DNA from: Amoebidium appalachense
Taxonomy: Eukaryota > Protista > Ichthyosporea
Length of the DNA: 64,000 bases
Direction: 5' to 3'
Assembly (NCBI GenBank): GCA_963693365.1
Contig: CAVNZM010000018.1
Span: forward strand, 1,710,228 to 1,774,227
Shown here: positions 36,770 through 48,981 of the stretch, piece after piece
How positions within the stretch are numbered: the stretch's first letter is position 1
Layout: each line of letters begins with the position of its first letter
Notes under the pieces: model-generated
Seen by the model: only the letters and a program-made list of their open reading frames with translations
Told to the model about the DNA's origin: nothing
The model's database searches: none
Translations under genes and position numbers: made by a program

Positions 36770-38061
36770 ATGCCAACGGGTTCAGAACATGTTTATGTTT
36801 TTTTGATTGAACTGGACGACGGACGTCCTAGTTGCAGGAAGAACTACAACCTACACAAATTCGAAAACGACATGGGCATCCCGGCAGTTGTAGCCTGGAT
36901 TCTCAGATTTGGTGGTCCTCGATGGAAGATTTATGATCTTCACAGCTATCATCCGTTTTCGAGTGAGGGTTGGGCGGTGAAGCTCGGTCGCATTTCTCTG
37001 TATCCTGGCAGTAACGACTACAGTCGCATACCTGCCGTGGTGGGTACTTTGCCGGGGGAGTTCCAGATTTGTCGCATGTTCAAAAAGCACGGATGGAAAG
37101 TGTGGTGGGATGGGGCTGCACGTAGCCCCCCAGGCAGCCCCGCTTTCAAGCTACCTGCACCGACGAGTGACCGACCGAGAAAGCGGGCAAGAGTGGAGGG
37201 GGGAGAGGGAGGGGGTGGGGAGGGGGGGAGAGGGAGGGGGTGGGGAGGGGGGGGGGGGAGAGGGAGGGGGGTGGGGAGGGGGGGGGAGAGGGGGAGGGAG
37301 AGGGGGGAGAGGGGGGGGGGAGGGGGGGGAGAGGGGGAGGGAGAGGGAGAGGGTGGGGGTGGGGAGGGGGGAGAGGGGGAGGGGGAGGGAGAGGGAGAGG
37401 GTGGGGGTGGGGAGGGGGGAGAGGGGGAGGGGGAGGGAGAGGGAGAGGGTGGGGGTGGGGAGGGGGGAGAGGGGGAGGGGGAGGGAGAGGGAGAGGGTGG
37501 GGATGGGGGGAGGGAGAGGGAGGGGCAGAGGGGGCAGAGGGCTACCGCCACACCCGCAACACATCTCCTTGGGATTTCAGGCCGGGTAACCCCCCCCCCC
37601 CCCCCAACACACAAGCCATTACACGTCTGCACGCATGCATGCACCTGGGCTATCCCCCCTCTCCCCGCACACACACGGAAGGGATCACACGTCTGCACGC
37701 ACACATGCACCTGGGCTATCCCCCCTCTCCCCGCACACACACGGAAGGGATCACACGTCTGCACGCACGCATGCACCTGGGCTATCCCCCCGCTCCCCCC
37801 CCTCCCCCCCCCCCCCAACACACAAGCCATTACACGTCTGCACGCATGCATGCACCTGGGCTATCCCCCCTCTCCCCGCACACACACGGAAGGGATCACA
37901 CGTCTGCACGCATGCATGCACCTGGGCTATCCCCCCTCTCCCCGCACACACACGGAAGGGATCACACGTCTGCACGCATGCATGCACCTGGGCTATCCCC
38001 CCTCTCCCCGCACACACACGGAAGGGATCACACGTCTGCACGCACGCATGCACCTGGGCTA

Positions 38062-38135
<74 letters not shown>

Positions 38136-41100
38136 CACACAAGCCATTACACGTCTGCACGCATGCATGCACCTGGGCACCTCGACTAGTCCCCGCCACA
38201 CACACCCAACCACCACCACCACCACACACATACACACAGAGAGAGAGAGAGAGAGAGAGAGCACACACCTGCACACGTGCATCCACCTTGGCTAATCCTA
38301 CCCCCCACCCCGACACACACGCACACGCACACCCGGCACAAACATGCACACACACCCGGCACACACGTGCACACACGCATGGCACACACACACACACACA
38401 CAGAGCAAGAAGCGGAGGAGGCGGATAGGGGGCAACAGCAGGGGGCGGAGACAGGGGAGTCGGTGGGGTTCACCGAGGTACCCGTGAAACATCTCAGCCA
38501 ACTGCAGTTAGAAAAGCTCTCATTTGAGACGATAGTTAGGGTAATGGAAAAACGACACGGGGTTCGGGCAGCTGGTGCCGTCAAGTTCATGCTTCCCGAA
38601 CCGGTAGTGCAGGGGCTGAAAGAGGCTGCTTGGGCCACACCAGTGAGAAAATCCTACACCAAGATCTGTCTGGAGGCTACCGCCATCAAGGATGTCTTCC
38701 TCGTTTATAGGGAGGACATCAAAGAGCAAATTCCAGAGGTGCGTATTTGCAACCATTAGGGTATGGTTACCGTGAACAGGAGCTAACACGATTGAGCAGG
38801 GGGACCCGTTGGATGAGGAGGAGTTCTGGGGGCTATTGGACTGCTTACCGGAAACTTACAGTAAAATGTTCTTTTACGGAACGGATCTGACACCTCTTAA
38901 AAACACCCATACACCCAGTGAGGTACGTGTGTGTCATGTGTGTGTATGTGCGTGTGTTTGTGCAGAGGGTGCATGTTGTGTAGGCATGGGTGTATTCGTG
39001 TGTGTGTGCAGCAGAGGGTGCATGTTGTGTAGGCATGGGTGTATTCGTGTGTGTGCAGCAGAGGGTGCATGTTGTGTAGGCATGGGTGTATTCGTGTGTG
39101 TGCAGCAGAGGGTGCATGTTGTGTAGGCATGGGTGTATTCGTGTGTGTGCAGCAGAGGGTGCATGTTGTGTAGGCATGGGTGTATTCGTGTGTGTGCAGC
39201 AGAGGGTGCATGTTGTGTAGGCATGGGTGTATTCGTGTGTGTGCAGCAGAGGGTGCATGTTGTGTAGGCATGGGTGTATTCGTGTGTGTGCAGCAGAGGG
39301 TGCATGTTGTGTAGGCATGGGTGTATTCGTGTGTGTGCAGCTGAGGGTGCATGTTGTGTAGGCATGGGTGTATTCGTGTGTGTGCAGCAGAGGGTGCATG
39401 TTGTGTAGGCATGGGTGTATTCGTGTGTGTGCAGCAGAGGGTGCATGTTGTGTAGGCATGGGTGTATTCGTGTGTGTGCAGCTGAGGGTGCATGTTGTGT
39501 AGGCATGGGTGTATTCGTGTGTGTGCAGCAGAGGGTGCATGTTGTGTAGGCATGGGTGTATTCGTGTGTGTGCAGCAGAGGGTGCATGTTGTGAAGGCAT
39601 GGGTGTATTCGTGTGTGTGCAGCAGAGGGTGCATGTTGTGTAGGCATGGGTGTATTCGTGTGTGTGCAGCAGAGGGTGCATGTTGTGTAGGCATGGGTGT
39701 ATTCGTGTGTGTGCAGCAGAGGGTGCATGTTGTGTAGGCATGGGTGTATTCGTGTGTGTGCAGCAGAGGGTGCATGTTGTGTAGGCATGGGTGTATTCGT
39801 GTGTGTGCAGCAGAGGGTGCATGTTGTGTAGGCATGGGTGTATTCGTGTGTGTGCAGCAGAGGGTGCATGTTGTGAAGGCATGGGTGTATTCGTGTGTGT
39901 GCAGCAGAGGGTGCATGTTGTGTAGGCATGGGTGTATTCGTGTGTGTGCAGCAGAGGGCGCATGTTGTGTAGGCATGGGTGTATTCGTGTGTGTGCAGCA
40001 GAGGGTGCATGTTGTGAAGGCATGGGTGTATTCGTGTGTGTGCAGCAGAGGGTGCATGTTGTGTAGGCATGGGTGTATTCGTGTGTGTGCAGCAGAGGGT
40101 GCATGTTGTGTAGGCATGGGTGTATTCGTGTGTGTGCAGCAGAGGGTGCATGTTGTGAAGGCATGGGTGTATTCGTGTGTGTGCAGCAGAGGGTGCATGT
40201 TGTGTAGGCATGGGTGTATTCGTGTGTGTGCAGCAGAGGGTGCATGTTGTGAAGGCATGGGTGTATTCGTGTGTGTGCAGCAGAGGGTGCATGTTGTGTA
40301 GGCATGGGTGTATTCGTGTGTGTGCAGCAGAGGGTGCATGTTGTGTAGGCATGGGTGTATTCGTGTGTGTGCAGCAGAGGGTGCATGTTGTGAAGGCATG
40401 GGTGTATTCGTGTGTGTGCAGCAGAGGGTGCATGTTGTGTAGGCATGGGTGTATTCGTGTGTGTGCAGCAGAGGGTGCATGTTGTGTAGGCATGGGTGTA
40501 TTCGTGTGTGTGTGCAGCAGAGGGTGCATGTTGTGTAGGCATGGGTGTATTCGTGTGTGTGTGCAGCAGAGGGTGCATGTTGTGTAGGCATGGGTGTATT
40601 CGTGTGTGTGCAGCAGAGGGTGCATGTTGTGTAAGCATGGGTGTATTCGTGTGTGTGCAGCAGAGGGTGCATGTTGTGAAGGCATGGGTGTATTCGTGTG
40701 TGTGCAGCAGAGGGTGCATGTTGTGTAGGCATGGGTGTATTCGTGTGTGTGCAGCAGAGGGTGCATGTTGTGTAGGCATGGGTGTATTCGTGTGTGTGCT
40801 TGTGTAGGCATGGGTGTGTGCGTGTGTTTGTGCGGAGAGTGTATGTTGTGTTGATGCAATGTGGTGTGTGTACAGGTAGTGAGGGAAGAAATCGACTACA
40901 TGTTCAGCTTGGAGACGCTGGGCTCGATTGTATCGAGAGAGTTCCAGAACTGTGAGGGCATCTCAACACCGATGCTCTATAAGTATGCCCCCCCACCCCT
41001 TCCCCCCCCCCAAAAAAAAACACAACAACAAACAACAAAGGGAAAAAAGGCAGGTTTGCAGAATGCCCCTTTTGTTCACAGAACCATCCTGGGTGTATGT

Positions 41101-41898
41101 GTATGGGTCAGGTCTTCTCGGAATGTATTGGATCACATCGAAGTCGGAACTAATTATTAACCCCAATCACATGCCTCCTTGCAGTGTCACGACGGGGTCT
41201 CCGTTTGTGCCCCACACAGAAGACGTTCTGCTCGGAAGTGTCAACATCATGACCCGTGGGCCCGGAGACAAAAGCTGGTATATAATCAGTGCAGAGTACA
41301 ATGGACAGGTCACGTCTATCCTTGAGGATATCTACAAGAGGCTTGGCCTTTCGGGGGCCGGTATCTGCAAGAAAGTCACACAGCATAAGGTAATCCCTCA
41401 CCCCCCCCCCCCCCAAAAAAAAAAAAAACAAAAAAAAAAACGACCACACACACAACAGAGGACTACAAGAAGAGAGAGAGAGGGAGTGGTAGACACTGAC
41501 GTGAATGACGTGAAGAACAAAAAACAAAAAAGCACTTACAAAAACGACCACCCGGTTTTTCATATGACTAACATGTGGGTGGGACAGTCTGTGTTCATCC
41601 ACCCCCGTTACTTGATGAAGAAGGGTGTTCCTGTGCAGCACACGGTTCAGCAGGCCGGCGAGGTCATCTACACATTGCCTGGGGCATACCACTTTGGGTA
41701 TGCTACTGGTAGCAGCTTGGCCGAGGCGGTAAATTTTGCCACGGTCAACTGGCTTGTGGTCGCTGGCAAGAAGCCCCCCCGGCATGCACGTGTGGCTACA
41801 CTGACAGGAAACACGTTTTCAAGGTAACCCCCCCTCCCCCCCCCTCCCCCCCCCCCAAAAAAAAAAAAAAAAAAAAAAAACACGTAACACACACACAC

Positions 41899-41995
<97 letters not shown>

Positions 41996-42322
41996 ATGCC
42001 CTAGCATTCACAATTACATGTAGGGGTTCGTAAAAACGGTTTTTTGGGTCCTTGCAGAGTTTTTCTTGACCTGGTCCACACGTAGGAGTTCGTTTTCTGT
42101 GGGTGTGTGCCATGGTGGTGTAGTGGTGGGTGCGTGGGTGTGTTTGAGGTAATGGCATACAGTGATGTCTGAGCCTTGCATAAACAAATCACCTGGCTGG
42201 ACTACTACTTACACCCAACTATCAACCCACAGGTGTCCCCTGCACAGTGGAAAAAGCTGAGAGAGAAGTACAAGGCTGACATCAAGGAGTTCGAGGAGGA
42301 AGCCAAAATGAATGTGGCCTAG
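36770..42322 (+). CDS. KDM4-like JmjN/JmjC histone lysine demethylase, spliced (apparent homopolymer frameshifts)
   Basis: Exons ~36770-37585, 38404-38738 (JmjN-like SFETIVRVMEKRHGVRAAGAVKFMLPEP), 38800-38922 (EEEFW..FYGTD), 40876-40982 (EGISTPMLY), 41185-41389 (FVPHTED..SVN..KSWY..CKKVTQHK), 41588-41823 (QQAGEVIYTLPGAYHFGY..AEAVNFA..W) and 42233-42322, with GT-AG introns. A C7 run at 41774-41780 shifts the CTC motif out of frame. The link of exon 1 through the G-rich tract is less certain. Confidence 0.88.
37606..38178. repeat. Intronic tandem repeat, ~66 bp x ~8
   Basis: CACACGTCTGCACGCATGCATGCACCTGGGCTATCCCCC.. repeated. Confidence 0.9.
38960..40815. repeat. Intronic 47-bp minisatellite x ~39
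   Basis: GCAGCAGAGGGTGCATGTTGTGTAGGCATGGGTGTATTCGTGTGTGT, nearly invariant, no spacers. Confidence 0.98.
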
Positions 42323-42745
42323 GGTTTGTGGTGGGTGCGGTGGGGGAAACGTAGTTGTAGTGGTGGCGGCGGGTAGGCCCCACATTCACATCTTACTTAG
42401 GGTTTGTGGTGGGTGCGGTGGGGGAAACGTAGTTGTAGTGGTGGCGGCGGGTAGGCCCCACATTCACATCTTACTTAGGGTTTGTGGTGGGTGCGGTGGG
42501 GGAAACGTAGTTGTAGTAGTGGTGGCGGCGGGTAGGCCCCACATTCACATCTTACTTAGGGTTTGTGGTGGGTGCGGTGGGGGAAACGTAGTTGTAGTGG
42601 TGGCGGCGGGTAGGCCCCACATTCACATCTTACTTAGGGTTTGTGGTGGGTGCGGTGGGGGAAACGTAGTTGTAGTGGTGGCGGCGGGTAGGCCCCACAT
42701 TCACATCTTACTTAGGGTTTGTGGTGGGTGCGGTGGGGGAAACGT
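42320..42745. repeat. Tandem repeat, ~78 bp x ~5.5, starting at the JmjC stop codon
   Basis: TAGGGTTTGTGGTGGGTGCGG.. at 42320, 42398, 42476, 42557 and onward. Confidence 0.95.
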
Positions 42746-43041
42746 ATTTGTGGTGGTGTGGGCAGTAGGCACACATCCACATCTATAGGGGTTTGTGATG
42801 GGTGTGGTGGAGGAAAGACGTGGTACAAAGTTTTCATACCAAGTTTTCTGTAATGTTTATTCGAATGTGATCTGCTTCAATCTTATCCAAATTTTCATGT
42901 ATATTGTATTTGCCCGGTAACAGTACCAAGTTTCCGTAATGATTATTGAATGTATTTGCCCGTGGTAGCGGGAGAGACTCCATTTAATATACCCCAAGTC
43001 TCCTTTTCAATCTGTGTACAAGCACACTGGCACGTACATTG

Positions 43042-43114
<73 letters not shown>

Positions 43115-43327
43115 CACACAATGATACACATGCTACCAAGTTTTCATTGAACGGTGTAGGGGAGGGGGGGGGGGGGGGGGGGGAGATAGACTCCAGCTCA
43201 TCAAAATTAAACATCCCAACAGATTCTCTCGTCATTTACATTTTCCATGTTTGTGGAGATTCTCTCGTCATTTACATTTTCCATGTTTGTGGTGTGAGTC
43301 CATTCATCCTTTGGCTTGTGTAGGTCT

Positions 43328-43588
43328 CTATGCATCCTCAGGCTCCATCATCTTCTGCAGTACAATTGCTGTCTGTCGTTGATTCTTCGGCACCCACTTC
43401 TTGAATCCACACTTCTCCGCCAACTCATCGGGCAGATCTATATAGCCCTTTTCCGCAAGCTCTTGTGCGTATGCTCGTTGCTCCATCTGCGTCCGCCGGG
43501 TGGTGGCCTCGGTCGGCACAATAGTTGCCTGCACCACGGGTGCCTTGCCGGGCTCCTCCTTCAGCTTGTACTCCCATCGGTACGCCAT
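43328..43588 (-). CDS. Hypothetical protein (86 aa)
   Basis: Clean ORF with protein-like composition, in tandem with 43625-44017. Confidence 0.6.
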   Translation of the reverse strand: MAYRWEYKLKEEPGKAPVVQATIVPTEATTRRTQMEQRAYAQELAEKGYIDLPDELAEKCGFKKWVPKNQRQTAIVLQKMMEPEDA

Positions 43589-43624
43589 ACTCTATGCCAC
43601 AAAAATCTCTGCTCACCCAACCCT

Positions 43625-44017
43625 TCAAGTGCGCTCCTTGATCACCACCGCAGGCGCATGCGCACACGTGGGGCACGCCGGGCACTTCTGCTCGGGCGGG
43701 CAGCGCGTGCATGCGGGGCACTGTGCGCACCGGGCGGGGCTGGCACCGCACACGTGGCAGCGGGGGCAGTGCGCACACTTGCGGCGGGGAACGCAGCTGC
43801 CGCAGCTGGCACACATTGGGCACGCGCGCTGGCACTTGAGCACTGCCAGGCGCCGCCGCACACGTGGGCTGAACGTGTCCCAGAGCACGTAGAGGATCAG
43901 GCCGGCCAGGATGGCCAATAGGATGGGGGAGGGCCCGGGGGTGCTGCGCGGGCTTGTGCGGATCGGGGGAGGGGGTGCGAATGGGCTGGGTGGGGGAAGG
44001 GGTGCGCCAGCGTCCAT
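43625..44017 (-). CDS. Membrane protein with a CxxC-repeat cysteine-rich tail
   Basis: TM segment ILLAILAGLILYVLW followed by many CxxC/CPxCP motifs. Confidence 0.7.
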   Translation of the reverse strand: MDAGAPLPPPSPFAPPPPIRTSPRSTPGPSPILLAILAGLILYVLWDTFSPRVRRRLAVLKCQRACPMCASCGSCVPRRKCAHCPRCHVCGASPARCAQCPACTRCPPEQKCPACPTCAHAPAVVIKERT

Positions 44018-44077
44018 GTTACCCGGTGCACGATATAATGTGGGGTTGGGGTTGTGCGGGTAGATGGGAGGAGGGTT

Positions 44078-44119
<42 letters not shown>

Positions 44120-44120
<1 letters not shown>

Positions 44121-44762
44121 CGCTCATGACCGTACTCTCCAACAACACAGGTGCAAGCGCACGGTAATAGCGCTCATGACCGTACTCTCCAACAACACAG
44201 GTGCAAGCGCACGGTAATAGCGCTCATGACCGTACTCTCCAACAACACAGGTGCAAGCGCACGGTAATAGCGCTCATGACCGTACTCTCCAACAACACAG
44301 GTGCAAGCGCACGGTAATAGCGCTCATGACCGTACTCTCCAACAACACAGGTGCAAGCGCACGGTAATAGCGCTCATGACTGTACTCTCCAACAACACAG
44401 GTGCAAGCGCACGGTAATAGCGCTCATGACCGTACTCTCCAACAACACAGGTGCAAGCGCACGGTAATAGCGCTCATGACCGTACTCTCCAACAACACAG
44501 GTGCAAGCGCACGGTGATAGCGCTCATGACCCTACTCTCCAACAACACAGGTGCAAGCGCACGGTAATAGCGCTCATGACCGTACTCTCCAACAACACAG
44601 GTGCAAGCGCACGGTAATAGCGCTCATGACCGTACTCTCCAACAACACAGGTGCAAGCGCACGGTGATAGCGCTCATGACCCTACTCTCCAACAACACAG
44701 GTGCAAGCGCACGGTGATAGCGCTCATGACCCTACTCTCCAACAACACAGGTGCAAGCGCAC
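44120..44762 (+). repeat. 50-bp tandem array x 13 (left arm of an inverted pair)
   Basis: GCGCTCATGACCGTACTCTCCAACAACACAGGTGCAAGCGCACGGTAATA repeated. Confidence 0.98.
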
Positions 44763-45240
44763 GGGCAGGCCCGACCATAACCCCGTTTTTACGGTAAAAA
44801 ATACCCCAAAATATCATCATAATTTCAGTTTATGGTAAGCCTCCGCAAATTTCGTGTTAAGCTAAAATAGGAACCACCCTTTATCCCCTTTGACTGGGGA
44901 TGAAAAATACCATACACCCCAGGCAAAAATACTCCGGGGCTTGAAAATATACCAAGAAACAAATCCGAATTTTCGGGCTTGCGCACGGGTTATGCAACCA
45001 ATTGGATGGCATCCACGTTTGGCCAATCAGCGCGGCTAGCCCATGGTAACGGGATTGTTCTCTAGATTTATCCAATCGGGATCATCCAGTTAAAAGATGT
45101 GTAATCCGCGTTTAGCCAATCAGCGCGATGACTGATGTTATATCCAAATCTTGTCAAATACACCGAACTCAGCTGCACGAAAACACAACAGGATTTGGCA
45201 TGTAGGGTATAGGCAGAATTATAATATTTCGCTGTCAGCA

Positions 45241-47007
45241 ATGGGACTTGCACCCTCAATGCCAGTGCGTGTTCGGATCATTCCATCGAGGACACCGCTG
45301 TTGTTAGGCCCTGTAGGGGAAGATGTTGCAGTGTTTTCTCTTGCAAACACCAACGGCCTTGCCACGGTTTCAACCCCCGAAAATGTCACTCTCGTGGAAA
45401 CGTTGCACCCTTTTGTTGTGTTTGAGGTAGACACCTCGTTGAGTCTATTGCAACTGCAGGAAGAGTTGAAAGCAGGTTTCCGTGCATGCACCGCGGTGTA
45501 CCTCCGAAGCTATGACAAGCTGGCCGTGTACAACCCTGAAGGGCGCTGTTGCCTTCCAACTAGGACGGTGATGCAGGCCACAGCAGCAGAGATTGCGGCA
45601 AAAATGTCCGAACTGGACCAAAAAACGAGCGAGAGCTTTGCCGATATGTTTTTTGCAACCTCCACGTTGGCGGATGTCCAATACGCGATAGCGAATAACA
45701 GTGATTTTCAGGATAGTAGGTTCTGGAACTGGTGGGGTTTACTACCTGAGGATGCTATTAGAAGGATCGTAGAGACACACCCCAGTGAGGGGTACACGGG
45801 GGACGGCAAACTGCGGCATTACCCGCCGTGCACTGCGTGGTTGCGAGGGTCTGCAGGAGTTGTCAAGTTAGACAGCTCTGCGTATACGTTAGAGTCGTTT
45901 AACACGTGTTTGCTGCTGCGATTGATGGACCATTATGCCCACCGGAGGGACCACGACGACGACGGCTACGACGATGTCCATGCGACTATAATACTAGATA
46001 TGGCCACCCAAAAGGCCAATATTTTGGCACAAGCTGCCTCAAACCCGCCAGTTACAACTGCACCCCGTACCCAAGCCCACCTGTACGACTACACAAACAT
46101 CATTAGACACAAGCTGGGATGGGACAAAAAGCTTTCGAATTTAATTGACAGGGTCCAGGCGGATTACAGCGAGGGTGGGCCTGCCGAGCGCAAAAACATA
46201 TTCGGGCGGTACACGGGATATTTTGCTTACGAGATTCAGGAAGGGCAGGAAGAAGGCGAGTTTGTTCCCCTGGGCCAGATCGATACCGACATCGAAACCG
46301 TCGAAATTTCCACATTCATGCGGCGTCTGCAAGTGGGCGTGTCGTGGCAGATGCTTGTGGACGTCATGAACAAACGACACGTCATGGTGCTTCCCTTCGA
46401 TTGGGGAGACTTCATTGACACAACCAGGAAAGATGTTGAGCGCGAAGAGTTCCGAAAAGCCCAAGAGGAGGGGCAAGGTAGAGATTTGCCATTCGTTGTT
46501 GACGGGTTGTATGCTTACGACACCGAAACCCGGCAAGCGGCCGTCATCTACCCCCCGAGTGGATATGACCAAATCATGCTCAACGATGCCGACGGCGTCT
46601 GCCCGTGGCAGGCAGAAATCGAGCATTATTGGGTAGAAACCCCCTCCGACCATTTGGAACAACAGCGCAGCAGCTATATCGGTATTAACAAGACCACGGG
46701 CCAGCCTGACACGTCTCCCAGCGCGGATGCCCTGTGGAGTGCTGTTCCTATCGCCGAGGTTTTGGATGGTGCGGATTGGTACCCGCAACTGCCGTGTCAG
46801 ACAGCCCTCGAGGATGCCATCAGGAATCACCATGTGCAAGTAGTTGGTGAACCATACGACCACTGGTTGTATTATGAAGCAGCAACCAACACATGGGATG
46901 AACTTTGGCCTGACTGTGATCGGTATCACCATATTACCAGCAGGCCAGGCGACTTCGTGCCTTTTTACGATCAATGGCCGGACGGATCGGTATCACCATA
47001 TTACTAG
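45241..47007 (+). CDS. Orphan hypothetical protein (~588 aa), intronless
   Basis: Long high-complexity ORF, first ATG at 45241, CCAAT boxes upstream, AATAAA at ~47040. No motif recognised. Confidence 0.8.
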   Translation: MGLAPSMPVRVRIIPSRTPLLLGPVGEDVAVFSLANTNGLATVSTPENVTLVETLHPFVVFEVDTSLSLLQLQEELKAGFRACTAVYLRSYDKLAVYNPEGRCCLPTRTVMQATAAEIAAKMSELDQKTSESFADMFFATSTLADVQYAIANNSDFQDSRFWNWWGLLPEDAIRRIVETHPSEGYTGDGKLRHYPPCTAWLRGSAGVVKLDSSAYTLESFNTCLLLRLMDHYAHRRDHDDDGYDDVHATIILDMATQKANILAQAASNPPVTTAPRTQAHLYDYTNIIRHKLGWDKKLSNLIDRVQADYSEGGPAERKNIFGRYTGYFAYEIQEGQEEGEFVPLGQIDTDIETVEISTFMRRLQVGVSWQMLVDVMNKRHVMVLPFDWGDFIDTTRKDVEREEFRKAQEEGQGRDLPFVVDGLYAYDTETRQAAVIYPPSGYDQIMLNDADGVCPWQAEIEHYWVETPSDHLEQQRSSYIGINKTTGQPDTSPSADALWSAVPIAEVLDGADWYPQLPCQTALEDAIRNHHVQVVGEPYDHWLYYEAATNTWDELWPDCDRYHHITSRPGDFVPFYDQWPDGSVSPYY

Positions 47008-47155
47008 CAGGGTAGGTGACTTCGTGCTTTTTCACAATCAATAAAATTCAACTTATTATAAATATGTGACACTCAGTGCATTCTCACGAAGGGGGTGGGG
47101 GGGGGGGGGGGGGGGGGGGGGGGTGGGGGGGGGGGGGGGGGGGGGGGGGGGATGG

Positions 47156-47770
47156 GTGCGCTTGCACCTGTGTTGTTTGAGAGTAGGGTCATGAGCGCTA
47201 CCACCGGGTGCTTCCACATGTGTTGTGTGAGAGCTGAGGCATGAGCGCTATCACCGGGCGCTTCCACATGTGTTGTGTGAGAGCTGAGGCATGAGCGCTA
47301 TCACCGGGCGCTTTTACATGTGTTGTGTGAGAGCTGAGGCATGAGCGCTATCACCGGGCGCTTCCACATGTGTTGTGTGAGAGCTGAGGCATGAGCGCTA
47401 TCACCGGGCGCTTCCACATGTGTTATGTGAGAGCTGAGGCATGAGCGCTATCACCGGGCGCTTCCACATGTGTTATGTGAGAGCTGAGGCATGAGCGCTA
47501 TCACCGGGGGCTTTGTGGGTGTGTGTGGGGGGTGGGGGGGGGGGGGTGGGGGGGGGGGGGGGGGGGGGGGGAGGGGGGAAGGGGGGGGGGGGGGGATGGG
47601 TGCGCTTGCACCTGTGTTGTTTGAGAGTAGGGTCATGAGCGCTACCACCGGGCGCTTCCACATGTGTTGTGTGAGAGCTGCGGCATGAGCGCTATCACCG
47701 GGCGCTTCCACATGTGTTGTGTGAGAGCTGAGGCATGAGCGCTATCACCGGGGGCTTTGTGGGTGTGTGT

Positions 47771-47828
<58 letters not shown>

Positions 47829-48350
47829 GGGGGGAGGGGGGGGGGAAGGGGGGGGGGGGGGGATGGGTGCGCTTGCACCTGTGTTGTTTGAGAGTAGGGT
47901 CATGAGCGCTATCACCGGGCGCTTCCACATGTGTTGTGTGAGAGCTGAGGCATGAGCGCTATCACCGGGCGCTTCCACATGTGTTGTGTGAGAGCTGAGG
48001 CATGAGCGCTATCACCGGGGGCTTTGTGGGTGTGTGTGGGGGGTGGGGGGGGGGGGGGGTGGGGGGGAGGGGGGGGGGAGGGGGGGGGGAAGGGGGGGGG
48101 GGGGGGGGGGGATGCGTGCGCTTGCACCTGTGTTGTTTGAGAGTAGGGTCATGAGCGCTATCACCGGGCGCTTCCACATGTGTTGTTTGAGAGCAGGGTC
48201 ATGAGCGCTATCACCGGACGCTTCCACATGTCATCGGGCGCTTTGTGTGTGTGTGTATGTGTGTGTGTGTGTGGGGGGGGGGGGGGAGGGGCAATGCGTG
48301 CGCTTGCACCTGTGTTGTTTGAGAGGAGCACGAGCGCTATGACCGTGCGC
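47156..48350 (-). repeat. 50-bp repeat array, reverse complement of 44120-44762, interrupted by G-runs (right arm)
   Basis: GTGCGCTTGCACCTGTGTTGTTTGAGAGTAGGGTCATGAGCGCTATCACCG is the reverse complement of the left unit. Diverged variants are interspersed. Confidence 0.95.
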
Positions 48351-48694
48351 TCTTTGTTTTGTTTTTTGGGGGAGGGGTCTTCCCACCCTCTTGCCCGTGG
48401 CTTCTCTATTTATTTTTCATCTTTTACGTCTTTGCCTGGAGTGTACCCAGTGCGCTTCCTGGAGAAGCACGTGCTGGGGTGGTAGCTAGCCTGTCATCCC
48501 CAACAATTGGGACTCCTGTCAATAAACGGTTTCGACCAATCAGATTGAACCGGTTTCGTACAATCAGATTTAATGTTTCGACCAATCAGATTGAATAACG
48601 GGTGAAAACGATTCAAGCATTATTCAAAGGTGGTCTCTGTGATTCGATCAATATTGAAATGGATGCTCCGTGGATCGAAAGATATTGACCGAGG

Positions 48695-48905
48695 GTTCGT
48701 GTTTGGTTGACCGGATATTGGCAGGGGTTCGCGCGATGTTCGTTTTGGGTTCACTAGATTTTCGCCAAACACGAGTTCGGGTTGACCGGATATTGGCAGG
48801 GGTTCGCGCGATGTTCGTTTTGGGTTCACTAGATTTTCGCCAAACACGAGTTCGGGTTGACCGGATATTGACCAAAAGGGTTCGTGTTTGGCTGGATGGA
48901 TATTG
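48695..48905. repeat. Tandem repeat, 75 bp x ~2.5
   Basis: GGTTGACCGGATATTG at ~48705, 48780 and 48855. Confidence 0.9.
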
Positions 48906-48981
48906 GCCAACTCCTGCGCTGCTTTGACCGTTTATTGGCCAACTCTGCGCTGCTTTGACTTTTTGCCCATGGCTTCTTTAT

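Noticed and set aside
36533-38428. 631-aa ORF as a single protein
   Set aside because: Only ~36770-37585 looks coding. The rest reads through an intronic tandem repeat.
38845-40859. Three ORFs of over 600 aa on the minus strand
   Set aside because: They result from a stop-free 47-bp minisatellite inside a JmjC intron and are open in all three frames.
44120-44762. Possible CRISPR array (also 38960-40815 and 42320-42745)
   Set aside because: Head-to-tail units with no unique spacers, no cas genes, and a eukaryotic context.
48390-48490. Copy of the 3' end (GKDVKDEK*) of ORF 48982-49338
   Set aside because: A short duplicated remnant with no start or domain, not a gene.
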